A DNA stretch of 64,000 nt from a virus (Duplodnaviria; Heunggongvirae; Uroviricota; Caudoviricetes): IMG/VR virus record IMGVR_UViG_3300010357_001332. One strand, written 5' to 3'. Of this stretch, positions 27,245-37,286 are shown in pieces. Numbering within the stretch: position 1 is the stretch's first letter; the number at the start of each line of letters is the position of its first letter. The notes under the pieces were generated by a model. That model was not told where the DNA came from. It did not search any database and worked only from the letters and a program-made list of their open reading frames with translations. The translations under genes and the position numbers were made by a program.

Positions 27245-27799
27245 ATGCCTAGAATTCCTATTAGTCAAGAAAAAGATCCTTTCTCTAGTTTTATAGAAGA
27301 ATTTAAGCAACCAGAAGATGGGCTGGATTATGAAGATCTGCAATCCTATGCAGTTAGCTTTGATTCAAAAGATATTCAATTAATAGATCCACATAATCTA
27401 GAACAGATTATACTCGAATTAAATAACATACCTAGAACTTTATTTAGATACAAAATGATTGCTGATACACAAACAAAACTTGTACAGCAATTAGAAGACG
27501 AATATAACAAGTGGTATGCAGAAAAATGGATAGAAATAGATAATGAAAAAGAACCTAAATATGATAGATCCGGTAATCAAGTAGGAGAGACAAAAGTAGT
27601 AAGAACAGAAGGTGCAAAAGAAAAGATTATTATTACTACATATAGCGAAGAATATTCTCTTTTTCAGCATAGATTAAGAGAAGAAAAATATAGATTAGCA
27701 ATTATACGATCAGCAGCTGCATCCATAGATAACTATTCTTATAAGCTGCATGCAATACTTGGATACCAAGAAATGCTCATACAGAGAAAGGTGCAATAA
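27245..27799 (+). CDS. Possible UvsY-like recombination mediator
   Basis: Size, helical pattern and context only. Confidence 0.35.
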   Translation: MPRIPISQEKDPFSSFIEEFKQPEDGLDYEDLQSYAVSFDSKDIQLIDPHNLEQIILELNNIPRTLFRYKMIADTQTKLVQQLEDEYNKWYAEKWIEIDNEKEPKYDRSGNQVGETKVVRTEGAKEKIIITTYSEEYSLFQHRLREEKYRLAIIRSAAASIDNYSYKLHAILGYQEMLIQRKVQ

Positions 27800-27800
27800 C

Positions 27801-28616
27801 ATGAATGGAAAAAATCTAAGAGAAAAATTTACAGAAAATAGCTTAGCAAGTAAAGTTTTAAGAGAAGTAGATCCATCTGGAAGTATATATTTCGAAAAAG
27901 ATAAGAATATACCTTCAATCAAAGCAATTCAACTAGAAGATAAAGTAATTAAAATTTGTGTAGAGGATAAAGAAAAAACTGTTTCATTTTTGGAAGATAT
28001 TATTTTAAGTACTTCGGGAACAACTGAAGAGGAAGCTTTAAAAAAAGTAATTGCACAAGAAGATAGAATATTCAAACACATGCTGCTAAAAGCAAGTGAA
28101 CAAAATAATGAAGTTATTTCTGATGATTTTACATATAAAGGAATTACCAAATCTAATTTAGAAACTGTGCAATACGAAGTAGAAAGACATCGACTTGTTG
28201 TAGATAAATTTTTAATGAGCACTTTGGCTAGTAATGACATACTAGAAAATAAAGAAAACTTTCCAGCACAGGATTTTGATAAAATAACAGAACAGATATT
28301 ACTAGATTATTCGTTGATAGGAAGTATTTGGGGTGTTAATATATTTGATATGGGTTTTGATCTTTTACCTTTAAGAGCTATATTCGCAGTGACAGACGGT
28401 AGATATTTAGGTGGTAAAAGAATTAATTCTATTACATCTACTACGTTAGATAATTCTAATGTTAAGGTAACTGTAAACGAAAGTTTATCCATAATTAACC
28501 CCAGAGCTGTAGCATGTTTGTTAGATGATTCCTATACAAGTAATCGCTTGCATTTAAAAAAGATTAAAGAAATAGATAAGAAATATAAAGAATTATATCT
28601 TAATAAGAAAGCATAA
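27801..28616 (+). CDS. Divergent, N-terminally truncated HK97-fold major capsid protein paralog
   Basis: VIAQEDRIFKHMLLKA, VERHRLVVDKFLM, LIGSIWGVNI, ESLSIINPRAVA match capsid-protein motifs; ATG at 27801 preferred over track start 27750. Confidence 0.55.
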   Translation: MNGKNLREKFTENSLASKVLREVDPSGSIYFEKDKNIPSIKAIQLEDKVIKICVEDKEKTVSFLEDIILSTSGTTEEEALKKVIAQEDRIFKHMLLKASEQNNEVISDDFTYKGITKSNLETVQYEVERHRLVVDKFLMSTLASNDILENKENFPAQDFDKITEQILLDYSLIGSIWGVNIFDMGFDLLPLRAIFAVTDGRYLGGKRINSITSTTLDNSNVKVTVNESLSIINPRAVACLLDDSYTSNRLHLKKIKEIDKKYKELYLNKKA

Positions 28617-28666
28617 CTAGCCATATAATAAGGCCAGATAGCTAATATAAATTAAGGAGTTTTAAA

Positions 28667-29770
28667 ATGACAGATGTAAATGATAAAATGAGTCGGTATG
28701 CCTCACAAATTGATGAATTTGATGGATCTAAAAAAACTGATTATAACATCAGGGAAATTAAAATTCAAAAAGAAGTACCTAATCCTATCAGATTAGTAGA
28801 TACACCTAATGGTGTTGAACGTTATTATGTATCTTGGATTATCTGCGATGATGATAAGAAAAGACCTTTTATTCTTGAAAACGATTTTGAAGGTAAAAGT
28901 ATTCTTCTTAAACTTTTAGGTGATAAAGAGAATTTTTATAAAGGCGGTATTCTAGAATCAGTAAAAGATCCTGTTACTAACAAAGGAAAATATGTATGGG
29001 AGGATAAAGATCCAGAGCTTCTACTCAGAGTTGCTTACAATAATGATCCTACCGGTGATGCAGGATCTTGGAAGCCCAGAGAAGAATATATTTTTAATGC
29101 TATTCAAAGAAATCCCGATAAAGATGAGAGTGGTACTCTTTATTTTTGGTGTAAAGAAAATAAGCAAACTAAGCTTCTAAAAATGGGAGTTATGGCATAT
29201 AAAAATCTACAAGATGTTCGTCTTAATGATGGTGAATTATCAGAATATGATATCAACTATCTTAAGAAAGGAACAGGTTATGGAACAAAACATAATATTC
29301 TAAAAGCCGGTGCAAATGTTCCTAATGTAGTTATCGGCCCATTAACAGAAGATGAAAAATCTTATACAAGAAATGATCTACAGAAAGAAGCAAAACTAAC
29401 ATCATCTTCTGATATCTTGAAGTATCTAAGAAATACAATATCCAGAATAGATACAATCAAAGGTACCAACTGGATTATGCAACTAGAATCTCTAGCAAGA
29501 CAACAAGAAGGACAAGTTGAAGTGCAACAACCTGCACCTCAAGTAGCAGTTCCACCTCAAGCAGCCACACCTTCTAGAGTAGCTTCTAGAGTAGCAGCCC
29601 CAGTAGCTAAGGAGATTTGTGGTTATTGTAAAAAAGAAATTCCAATGAATTCTGTAACTTGCCCTGCTTGTAATAATGTTCTTCAAGAACCTTGTGCTAA
29701 ATGCGGCACACTGTTTTCAGTTTTTGAAACAATATGTCCGAGCTGTAAAACAGAGTATAAAGTAGGTTAA
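28667..29770 (+). CDS. gp32-like single-stranded DNA-binding protein with C-terminal double zinc ribbon
   Basis: NPIRLV, SWKPREEYIFNAI, YDINYLKKGTG; tail CGYC..CPAC..CAKC..CPSC. Confidence 0.6.
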   Translation: MTDVNDKMSRYASQIDEFDGSKKTDYNIREIKIQKEVPNPIRLVDTPNGVERYYVSWIICDDDKKRPFILENDFEGKSILLKLLGDKENFYKGGILESVKDPVTNKGKYVWEDKDPELLLRVAYNNDPTGDAGSWKPREEYIFNAIQRNPDKDESGTLYFWCKENKQTKLLKMGVMAYKNLQDVRLNDGELSEYDINYLKKGTGYGTKHNILKAGANVPNVVIGPLTEDEKSYTRNDLQKEAKLTSSSDILKYLRNTISRIDTIKGTNWIMQLESLARQQEGQVEVQQPAPQVAVPPQAATPSRVASRVAAPVAKEICGYCKKEIPMNSVTCPACNNVLQEPCAKCGTLFSVFETICPSCKTEYKVG

Positions 29771-29774
29771 ATAC

Positions 29775-30329
29775 ATGTGCTATTATCTGGGGGCGGATCT
29801 TTCTTTGAATTCCAGTGGTCTAGTAATTCTAGATAAATCTGCAAACATAGTAAAACAATATCTTTTGACGCCTCCTGATGGTTCTAGAGGCGTTGAAAGA
29901 TTATTTTTTTTAGAACAATCTTTAATAGAATTTTTAGATCAGAATCATATATTATATTGTTGTATTGAGAGTCCCGCATTAGGCACAGAACAAGGTAGAT
30001 TATTTGATTTAGGTGAATGGGCTGGAATTTTTAAATTACATCTCTTTAAAAGAAACATAGAATATCTTTTAATAGCACCTAATCAGTTAAAAAAATATGC
30101 TTCTGGTCAAGGACAAAGTAGAAAAGATACAATAATGTTAGATATCTATAAAAATTACAATATAGAAATTAGACAGAACGATTTAGCAGACGCATATATT
30201 CTTGCAAGAATTTGCAGAGATTATCAGATATATAACACACCCAATTCGTCTTTAGAGCTTAAGAAATATCAAGAAGAAGTTTTATTATCTATAAGAAAAA
30301 AATATCAAGATATAAATCTTTTAATATGA
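29775..30329 (+). CDS. ruvC: RuvC-like Holliday junction resolvase
   Basis: LGADLSLNSSG, IESP, LKKYASGQG, DLADAY. Confidence 0.85.
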   Translation: MCYYLGADLSLNSSGLVILDKSANIVKQYLLTPPDGSRGVERLFFLEQSLIEFLDQNHILYCCIESPALGTEQGRLFDLGEWAGIFKLHLFKRNIEYLLIAPNQLKKYASGQGQSRKDTIMLDIYKNYNIEIRQNDLADAYILARICRDYQIYNTPNSSLELKKYQEEVLLSIRKKYQDINLLI

Positions 30330-30493
30330 AAAGATTCGATTTAACCTTAATTGTGGAAGGAGTAATTATAAGTTACTCCTTTTTTGATAGGGATAAGATG
30401 CTTTCTTATCTACAAACTGCCTTGGATACTGGAAAAGTAGAGACCCATTATATTTCTGAAGCAGAAGTTAGCCCAATAGGACCTAAGAGATAA
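30326..30493 (+). CDS. Small hypothetical protein (55 aa, not in ORF track)
   Basis: MKRFDLTLIVEG...PIGPKR; overlaps ruvC stop and abuts polA start. Confidence 0.5.
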   Translation: MKRFDLTLIVEGVIISYSFFDRDKMLSYLQTALDTGKVETHYISEAEVSPIGPKR

Positions 30494-33400
30494 ATGTATC
30501 ATAATAGTTTATGTGAAAAATGTGGATTATGGAAGGATGCTAAGCATCCTTGTGTTACAGGAAGAGGCGATCCATCAGCAAAATTACTTATTTTAGGAGA
30601 AGCCTTAGGAGAACAAGAGGACTTACAAGGATTACCTTTTGTAGGTTCTTCTGGACAAAGACTACAAGCATATCTCGATAGATTAAATATCAAATATTAT
30701 ATAAGTAATGCTGTAAAATGTAGACCTACTTCTAAAAGTTTAAATAGAAAAGGTGAAACTATTCTTCATAATAGAACACCTACTGCTAAAGAAATAAAAT
30801 TATGTTCAGCAAAAACATATCAGTTAATAGATAAAATAAAACCTACTGTAATATTAACTCTAGGATCTATACCTGTAACTCAATTATTACATTTGGGTCT
30901 AAGTATGACATCTGTTCGTGGAAGAACGTATTATCATCCACAATTAGAATGTCATATTGTACCTACTTGGCATCCTGCTTATTTAGGATACAGTGGAGAT
31001 AAACTTGTAGAAAAGCAATTTATGCAAGATCTTCATCAGGCTATAGAATTATTAAAAGCACCCAGAGTAAGACAAATTAACTCTAATCCGAGATCACTTC
31101 AGGATCCTGTAGAAATTAAGGAATATCTGGAGTATTTAAATACTATTGAAGAATGTGCCATTGACTTAGAAACAACAGGGTTAAATCCTAGAAAAGATAG
31201 GATAACAGATATCTCTTTATGTGCAAAATGCGGTGAAGGTGTACATATAAGATGGATAGATATACTTCCATATTTTGAGTGCTTAAAAAAACTTCTAGAA
31301 AAACCAGAATTAAAATGTGTATTTCAAAACGGCAAGTTTGATACTGCTTTTCTAAAAGCTATTGGTATTAATGTAGCAAATTTTTATTTTGATACCCAAT
31401 TGGCTTATCATACAACTACAATGACTTTTGAAGGTGAAGGAAAATCTCTTTATAGTTTGGAGGTTATGTCTTGGCTTTTAACAAGAGAAGGAAATTACAA
31501 AGCAATTCTAGAAGAATTTGGTGGAATAGCAGGTCATCAAAATGGAATATTGCAGAAGAAAGCAGAGAAGAAAGAAAAGGAGATAAAGAAGGAACAAGAG
31601 AAGAAGGAAGAAAAGAAAAAAGAACAGAAGTCAGAGAAAACTAAACAAGTAATCAGAGTTCCAGTAGTAGAATGTAATTCTTTATTTGATGATATGGCAG
31701 AACCAGTAGTTAAAACTAATATCGCAAATGAATATTTTTCTCATTTATCTACTGAAGAAGATGGTAAATTTCTTGAAAAGTTTACACCAGCAAAGAAATT
31801 AAGAAGAACATTATTAGAAGAAGATCCAAATATTTTTATAATAAATGAAGAACAAGAAAAAGAATTACAGACTTATGTAACCTTTGTTTCAGACAAGCTT
31901 AAAAAGAAATTAGAATCTACAAAACTAACAGCTTTAGAGTATTATTCAGCAATGGATGCGGATGTTACCTTTCAAATTTATAAGAGATTGAAACCACAGA
32001 TAGATTCAGAATTTAAAGAGGTATTTTATGATTTAATTATGCCTCTTTCTTCTACACTACAACGATTAGAACAGAACGGTATTCTTCTAGATACTCCTTA
32101 CATAGATATGCTTTTAGACGAGAATCGTGCTAGAACAGCAGAAATAAAAAATTCTTTTTTTAAGAAAGTAAAGAAAGAATTTAATATGGATTCACCAAAA
32201 GAATTAAGAGAAGTTATTTATGATCATTTAAGAATTCCAGTAGAAGAAGAATATATGACTAATGGTGGAAAAAGTGGAGTAAAAATGCCTTCCACCGATA
32301 AAAATGCTATAGAGTATTTAGCTAAAAAACATCCTATTTTAAATGGAATTGTAGAATACAGAAAACTCGAGAAAGAAAATTCTACATACTTGGATGGATT
32401 TAAAAATCATGTAGATCCTGTTACTGGAAGAATTCATACATCTTTTTTGCAGCATGCTACCGCAACTGGCAGATTATCTTGTATAGCTGAAGGTACCAAG
32501 ATTGCTATAGTAGGAGAAGAAAAAAATATAGAAGATGTCCAACCAGGAGATTTTGTTTATAATTATGATAATGATGGAAATTTAACTATTTCTAAAGTAT
32601 TAAATAAATCATATAGCGGATACGGTGATTGTGTAAGAGTTAAATGGCAAAGTTCAGGAAATGGAAAAATAGGTGAATTAATTTGTACACCTGAACATAG
32701 AATACTACATAAGTATAATGGCTGGACAGAAGCTAAAGATTTAAAACATTATGATAAGGTATATCACCTAAGAAAAGGAAAAACTTACTCTTATGATCCT
32801 CGTCCACGACTATATGGTACAAATTCTTTTTGTGAAGACGAACAAAGATTTATAAAAAGAGTATATTTTAAGGCAGATCCTAAAAAGACACATATTCATC
32901 ATATAGATCACAATCCTTCTAATAACAGAATTTCTAATTTGGAAATTTTAGATAGTGCTGAACATAATAGATATCATTCTAGATTGCTATACGAAAAAGG
33001 AATAGTTAGTGAAAGGCACATGCATACATCAGAAGCGCATGCAAAACGATTACAATCTTTAAAATATGGTAAAGATAATCCAACATATATTTATAAAACT
33101 AAAGAAGAACTTATTCAAATGTTAAAGGATGCCAAAGGTATAGTTACGCATATTCCAATGGATTTTTTAACATATAAACAAAAATGTGAAACAGAAGGTA
33201 TCAATCTTAAAGAACTTTGTGACTGTTTCTCAAGAGGTAAGTTTTTTATTTCTCAAGAAGATGTTTTTAAAGTATGGGATAAATATAAAGATTATGAATA
33301 TCCTATATATAGATGTGCAGGTGAATTGCATATAAGTCAAGATAAGTTTAAAAGATTATTAAAGTATTATGATATATCAACTAATCATGTAATTCTATCA

Positions 33401-34270
33401 GTTAAACCTGCAGGTAAATATCATGTTTGGGATTTAGAGATAGAAAATTATCCAAATTTTATTGCTAATGAAATCTGTGTTCATAATTCTAGTGCACCTA
33501 ATACACAAAATATACCTAGAGATAACCGTATTCGTAATATGATTATTCCTAGAGAGGGATGCAAACTTGTAACTGCTGACTTATCACAAGCAGAATTAAG
33601 AATTCTAGCTATGATGGCAGACGATAAGAAAATGATAGATGCTTTTGCATCTGGATATGACTTCCATGCTTATACTGCATGTGCAATGTTTGGTATAAAA
33701 CCAGAGATATTTGATAAAGAAAATAATCCAGATCATAAAGCAAAACGATCTCTAGCAAAAAATATTAATTTCGGTATTGCGTATCAAATGTCAGCAAATT
33801 CATTAGCTTCAGATGTGAATATTTCATTAAAAGAAGCACAAGATTTTATTGACAAATTTTACAATACTTATTTTAATGTAAAAAGATGGATAGATAAAAC
33901 AAAATCTTTTGCTTTAAAGAATGGATATGTACAAACATTGCACGGAAGACGTAGATATTTGCCGTATGTACACAGTTCAGATCAAAAAGTTCGTGAAGGT
34001 GCATTAAGGCAAGCCGTAAATACACCAATTCAAGGCACTGCTAGTGATTGTGCTTGTTTTGGTCTTATTAGAATTCAAAAGTTTATAGACGAGAAACAGT
34101 TAAAAACAAAACCTATCATGATTATACATGATGAAATTGTTCTAGAAACGCCTTTTGAAGAAGTAGAGTTAATGGTAGAAAAATTACCATATTTTATGAC
34201 ACAAAATTTACCAAAAGTAACAATTCCATTAGTAGCAGACGCAGAAGTTTTAACGAGATGGAAGAAATAG
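30494..34270 (+). CDS. polA: Family A DNA polymerase with N-terminal family-4 uracil-DNA glycosylase domain, 3-5 exonuclease and an intein
   Basis: GEALG/PFVG/NAVKCRP/WHPAY (UDG); IDLETTG, NGKFD, YSAMDAD (exo); DLSQAELR, AKNINFGIAY, IHDEI (pol motifs A/B/C). Confidence 0.95.
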   Translation: MYHNSLCEKCGLWKDAKHPCVTGRGDPSAKLLILGEALGEQEDLQGLPFVGSSGQRLQAYLDRLNIKYYISNAVKCRPTSKSLNRKGETILHNRTPTAKEIKLCSAKTYQLIDKIKPTVILTLGSIPVTQLLHLGLSMTSVRGRTYYHPQLECHIVPTWHPAYLGYSGDKLVEKQFMQDLHQAIELLKAPRVRQINSNPRSLQDPVEIKEYLEYLNTIEECAIDLETTGLNPRKDRITDISLCAKCGEGVHIRWIDILPYFECLKKLLEKPELKCVFQNGKFDTAFLKAIGINVANFYFDTQLAYHTTTMTFEGEGKSLYSLEVMSWLLTREGNYKAILEEFGGIAGHQNGILQKKAEKKEKEIKKEQEKKEEKKKEQKSEKTKQVIRVPVVECNSLFDDMAEPVVKTNIANEYFSHLSTEEDGKFLEKFTPAKKLRRTLLEEDPNIFIINEEQEKELQTYVTFVSDKLKKKLESTKLTALEYYSAMDADVTFQIYKRLKPQIDSEFKEVFYDLIMPLSSTLQRLEQNGILLDTPYIDMLLDENRARTAEIKNSFFKKVKKEFNMDSPKELREVIYDHLRIPVEEEYMTNGGKSGVKMPSTDKNAIEYLAKKHPILNGIVEYRKLEKENSTYLDGFKNHVDPVTGRIHTSFLQHATATGRLSCIAEGTKIAIVGEEKNIEDVQPGDFVYNYDNDGNLTISKVLNKSYSGYGDCVRVKWQSSGNGKIGELICTPEHRILHKYNGWTEAKDLKHYDKVYHLRKGKTYSYDPRPRLYGTNSFCEDEQRFIKRVYFKADPKKTHIHHIDHNPSNNRISNLEILDSAEHNRYHSRLLYEKGIVSERHMHTSEAHAKRLQSLKYGKDNPTYIYKTKEELIQMLKDAKGIVTHIPMDFLTYKQKCETEGINLKELCDCFSRGKFFISQEDVFKVWDKYKDYEYPIYRCAGELHISQDKFKRLLKYYDISTNHVILSVKPAGKYHVWDLEIENYPNFIANEICVHNSSAPNTQNIPRDNRIRNMIIPREGCKLVTADLSQAELRILAMMADDKKMIDAFASGYDFHAYTACAMFGIKPEIFDKENNPDHKAKRSLAKNINFGIAYQMSANSLASDVNISLKEAQDFIDKFYNTYFNVKRWIDKTKSFALKNGYVQTLHGRRRYLPYVHSSDQKVREGALRQAVNTPIQGTASDCACFGLIRIQKFIDEKQLKTKPIMIIHDEIVLETPFEEVELMVEKLPYFMTQNLPKVTIPLVADAEVLTRWKK
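32480..33487 (+). mobile_element. Intein (336 aa) with HNH homing endonuclease in polA
   Basis: TGRLS|CIAEGT...CTPEHRI...HHIDHNPSNNRISNL...WDLEIENYPNFIANEICVHN|SSAPNTQNIP. Confidence 0.92.
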
Positions 34271-34283
34271 GAGGATATTTTAT

Positions 34284-35399
34284 ATGAAAGTTTTACTTGA
34301 AACTCAAAATCTAAGAAATTGCTTAAATTATATTAGCAAAATAACAACGAAAAGCAAGAAAAGTGGTGGATCACCTTTATACTCACAAGTTCAATTGGAT
34401 TTTAAGAATAATAATTTAACATTATACGCTTACGATTCAAGTTATGGTCTACAAATTTCATACGGAGAAGTAAATTGCGAAGATTCTCGTTATCTTATTG
34501 ATGCAGAAGGCATTTCTCATGTCGTAAAATATAGTGAACAAGAGAAATTAGATTTTGATTTTAAAGAAACTCGTTTAGTTGTAAAAGATGGTAATAGTTC
34601 TTATAAATTTAACTATTTTTCTTCTGAAAATTCTTTAAGTTACATTTTTGAAAATATATCAGAACAATCTGAAGTATTATTAACTACTAATGCAGCAGAA
34701 TTTAGTAAAATTTTTAAGTTTTTGGATCCTTGCATTGCGAATGATGCGGCAAGACCTTTTTTAAATGGCATTCAGTTTGATGGTAATTTTGTAGCAGCAG
34801 ACGGAAACATATGCGGGGTATATTCTAATGATATAAAGCAAGAAAATACAGTATTTTTACTGAGTGAGAGTCTTGATTTGATATCATCATTACCAGAGAA
34901 TAAAGATATTCTAATTTACAAAGCAAATAATCTTAATATTATAGAATGCGATAATTTAAAAATGATTACTCCACAAATCAATGGTGCTTTTCCAAATTAT
35001 AATAAAATCATAGATATAACTTCTAATTATTCGTACAAATTTGCAGTGGAGAAATCTAGATTGCAAAAAGTCAGTGAAAAACTAACACCATTTGCAGATA
35101 TACACCAACGATTAATGGCTTCTGCAGTATTTACTAAAGATGGTAATCTACAATTAGCAGCAGCTTCTGAAGGTACAAAGGAAGGATTAGAGATTATAAA
35201 TAGTATTGAAGCAGTTTCACCGAAAGAAGATATTACATTTTATTTAAATATTAGATTACTAGCAAGTTTGGTTAGATCCATACCTAGTGATTTAATTTAT
35301 ATCAAATATAGTGATAATGTAAAAGCACCATTATTAATTACGGATGAAGGACAATTTTCTAATTTTCTAAGTGTTTATAACTATATTAAAAATAGCTAG
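34284..35399 (+). CDS. dnaN: DNA polymerase sliding clamp (beta clamp)
   Basis: 371 aa; ARPFLNGI, VAADG, GAFPNY motifs; follows polA. Confidence 0.85.
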   Translation: MKVLLETQNLRNCLNYISKITTKSKKSGGSPLYSQVQLDFKNNNLTLYAYDSSYGLQISYGEVNCEDSRYLIDAEGISHVVKYSEQEKLDFDFKETRLVVKDGNSSYKFNYFSSENSLSYIFENISEQSEVLLTTNAAEFSKIFKFLDPCIANDAARPFLNGIQFDGNFVAADGNICGVYSNDIKQENTVFLLSESLDLISSLPENKDILIYKANNLNIIECDNLKMITPQINGAFPNYNKIIDITSNYSYKFAVEKSRLQKVSEKLTPFADIHQRLMASAVFTKDGNLQLAAASEGTKEGLEIINSIEAVSPKEDITFYLNIRLLASLVRSIPSDLIYIKYSDNVKAPLLITDEGQFSNFLSVYNYIKNS

Positions 35400-35448
35400 A
35401 AATATCTAATAGTTTTATATTATAATTAATTAATAGGATAAAAGTAGA

Positions 35449-35916
35449 ATGAAAATACAAAAAAAATTTACTACTGAAACAGCCCATATAGTAAGAGAAG
35501 CTTCATCGATTCGTTGCAAGAATAATATACATGGTCATAGCTATACTTGGATAGTAACAATACAAGGTGGTCTAGATCATGCAGGAATGATTATAGATTT
35601 TAAAGATTTAAAACCTATTAAGGATTTTATAGATCTTTTTGATCACGCAACTGTTTTTTGGTCTAAGGAACCGGATTGTGAAATTCTAGCTTTTTTTCAA
35701 GATAAATTTTCAAGAGTTCTTATCATGAAACAAAATCCTACAGCAGAAAATATGGCAAGATCACTTTTCAAATTTACTAAAGATTGGTTACAAAAAGATT
35801 ATCCTACACTTTCTGTTGCAGAGGTAGCGGTATGGGAAACCGCTACAGGATGTGGTATTGCTACCGAATGCAATGGGAATGATATTTTAGTTTACACTCA
35901 TTCAGATACTAACTAA
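35449..35916 (+). CDS. queD: 6-carboxytetrahydropterin synthase QueD
   Basis: CKNNIHGHSY, DFKDLK, FDHA, NPTAENMA, VWET. Confidence 0.92.
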   Translation: MKIQKKFTTETAHIVREASSIRCKNNIHGHSYTWIVTIQGGLDHAGMIIDFKDLKPIKDFIDLFDHATVFWSKEPDCEILAFFQDKFSRVLIMKQNPTAENMARSLFKFTKDWLQKDYPTLSVAEVAVWETATGCGIATECNGNDILVYTHSDTN

Positions 35917-35931
35917 GTGTGGTGATTTTTA

Positions 35932-36363
35932 ATGTCTTTTAAAAAGGCTAATTTTGTTAATTGGGATGATATTGCTGCCTATTGTAGAGAATTAAGAGTA
36001 CAAGAAACACCAGATGTAATTTTAGCAGTCCATCGTGGTGGTCTTCCTATAGGAGTTCTTCTAAGTCATAAATTTCATGTTCCAGTAGAAATACTATATT
36101 TTTCTAGATATGATAGTAATACAAAGATTAAATGTAATCTTTCTAGAAAAGAAGAATATAATAGAATATTAGTAGTAGACGATGTATCTGATAAAGGAGA
36201 ATCCTTAGAAAGAATTACAGAATTTTTATCAAAGAAGTATTATATTAAAGAATTAACTACACTTACATATGCAATAAAAAATAAAACACAATTTAAACCA
36301 AATTATTTCAAAAAAGAATATGACGATCATATTTGGTTAATCTTTCCTTGGGAGGCAATATGA
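35932..36363 (+). CDS. Type I phosphoribosyltransferase (Gpt-like)
   Basis: HRGGLPIG, PRPP loop ILVVDDVSDKGESL, C-terminal WLIFPWE. Confidence 0.88.
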   Translation: MSFKKANFVNWDDIAAYCRELRVQETPDVILAVHRGGLPIGVLLSHKFHVPVEILYFSRYDSNTKIKCNLSRKEEYNRILVVDDVSDKGESLERITEFLSKKYYIKELTTLTYAIKNKTQFKPNYFKKEYDDHIWLIFPWEAI

Positions 36364-37046
36364 CAGAAAAAGAATGGAATTTAGATATTACAGAAAGCTT
36401 CACGTCCATACAGGGAGAAGGAATTCATGAAGGGGTTCCTTCCCATTTTATTCGACTTGCAAAATGTAATGCTTCATGTCCTTTCTGTGATTCTAAATAT
36501 AGCTGGAAATCTGGAGATAAATATGATTATCAAGGTATTTCAGCACATTTAAGTATGATGTATATTGCAAATCCAAAAGTTAATATGCTAACTATAACAG
36601 GTGGTGAGCCAACTTTACAAGATTTAAACCCACTAACATCTTTAGTTAAAGATTTTTATAATTGGTTTATAGAAGTAGAAACAAATGGTTTGATTCATAA
36701 AGATAGAGAATTGGAAAAAGACGTAGATTTATGGATTGTTTCACCAAAACTATACTCAGAAGATATAATAAAAAGATATAATCAAGAAATTTTAGATAGA
36801 TTTTTATATACGAATCATATCTTTAAATTTGTTATAGGAACAGAAGAAGAACTAAGTATTGTTTTAGATTTTATAAAATCATATAAATTGGATCTAGATA
36901 ATAATATTTGGTTAATGCCTAAAGGTACTTCAATAGAAGAAATTAGAAAATCAAGCAAACTACTTGTCCCTGTTTGCCTAAGAAAAGGATGGAATTTATC
37001 TTCCAGACAACAGATAGTTATTTGGGGCAATAAAAAAGGAGTATAA
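36360..37046 (+). CDS. queE: 7-carboxy-7-deazaguanine synthase QueE (radical SAM)
   Basis: SIQGEG, CNASCPFCD, ITGGEP, VETNG, VSPK; ATG 36360 with GGAGG RBS. Confidence 0.93.
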   Translation: MTEKEWNLDITESFTSIQGEGIHEGVPSHFIRLAKCNASCPFCDSKYSWKSGDKYDYQGISAHLSMMYIANPKVNMLTITGGEPTLQDLNPLTSLVKDFYNWFIEVETNGLIHKDRELEKDVDLWIVSPKLYSEDIIKRYNQEILDRFLYTNHIFKFVIGTEEELSIVLDFIKSYKLDLDNNIWLMPKGTSIEEIRKSSKLLVPVCLRKGWNLSSRQQIVIWGNKKGV

Positions 37047-37050
37047 TGTT

Positions 37051-37281
37051 ATGAATTATTATTGTAAAAATGGTGCATATCATACCTATAAGTGCTGCAA
37101 TACATGCTGGAATTTACATCCAAAAGCAGAGAAAAATAAAATGTTTTTCGGTAGTGAGACCTTTAATAAAGTATTAGATCAAAATTTTATTCAAAAAGCA
37201 AAACAAGTAGGATTTACTGAGCAACAAATAGAATTCTTATCACAGATTATTTCTACAAGATTAAGTGTAGTTATGGAGTAA
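37051..37281 (+). CDS. Small Cys-containing hypothetical protein
   Basis: 76 aa, AGGAG RBS. Confidence 0.55.
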   Translation: MNYYCKNGAYHTYKCCNTCWNLHPKAEKNKMFFGSETFNKVLDQNFIQKAKQVGFTEQQIEFLSQIISTRLSVVME

Positions 37282-37286
37282 GAAGG

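Noticed and set aside
31555-31650. Lys/Glu-rich low-complexity tract in polA as a mobile insert
   Set aside because: No splicing motifs or terminal repeats; treated as part of a protein loop
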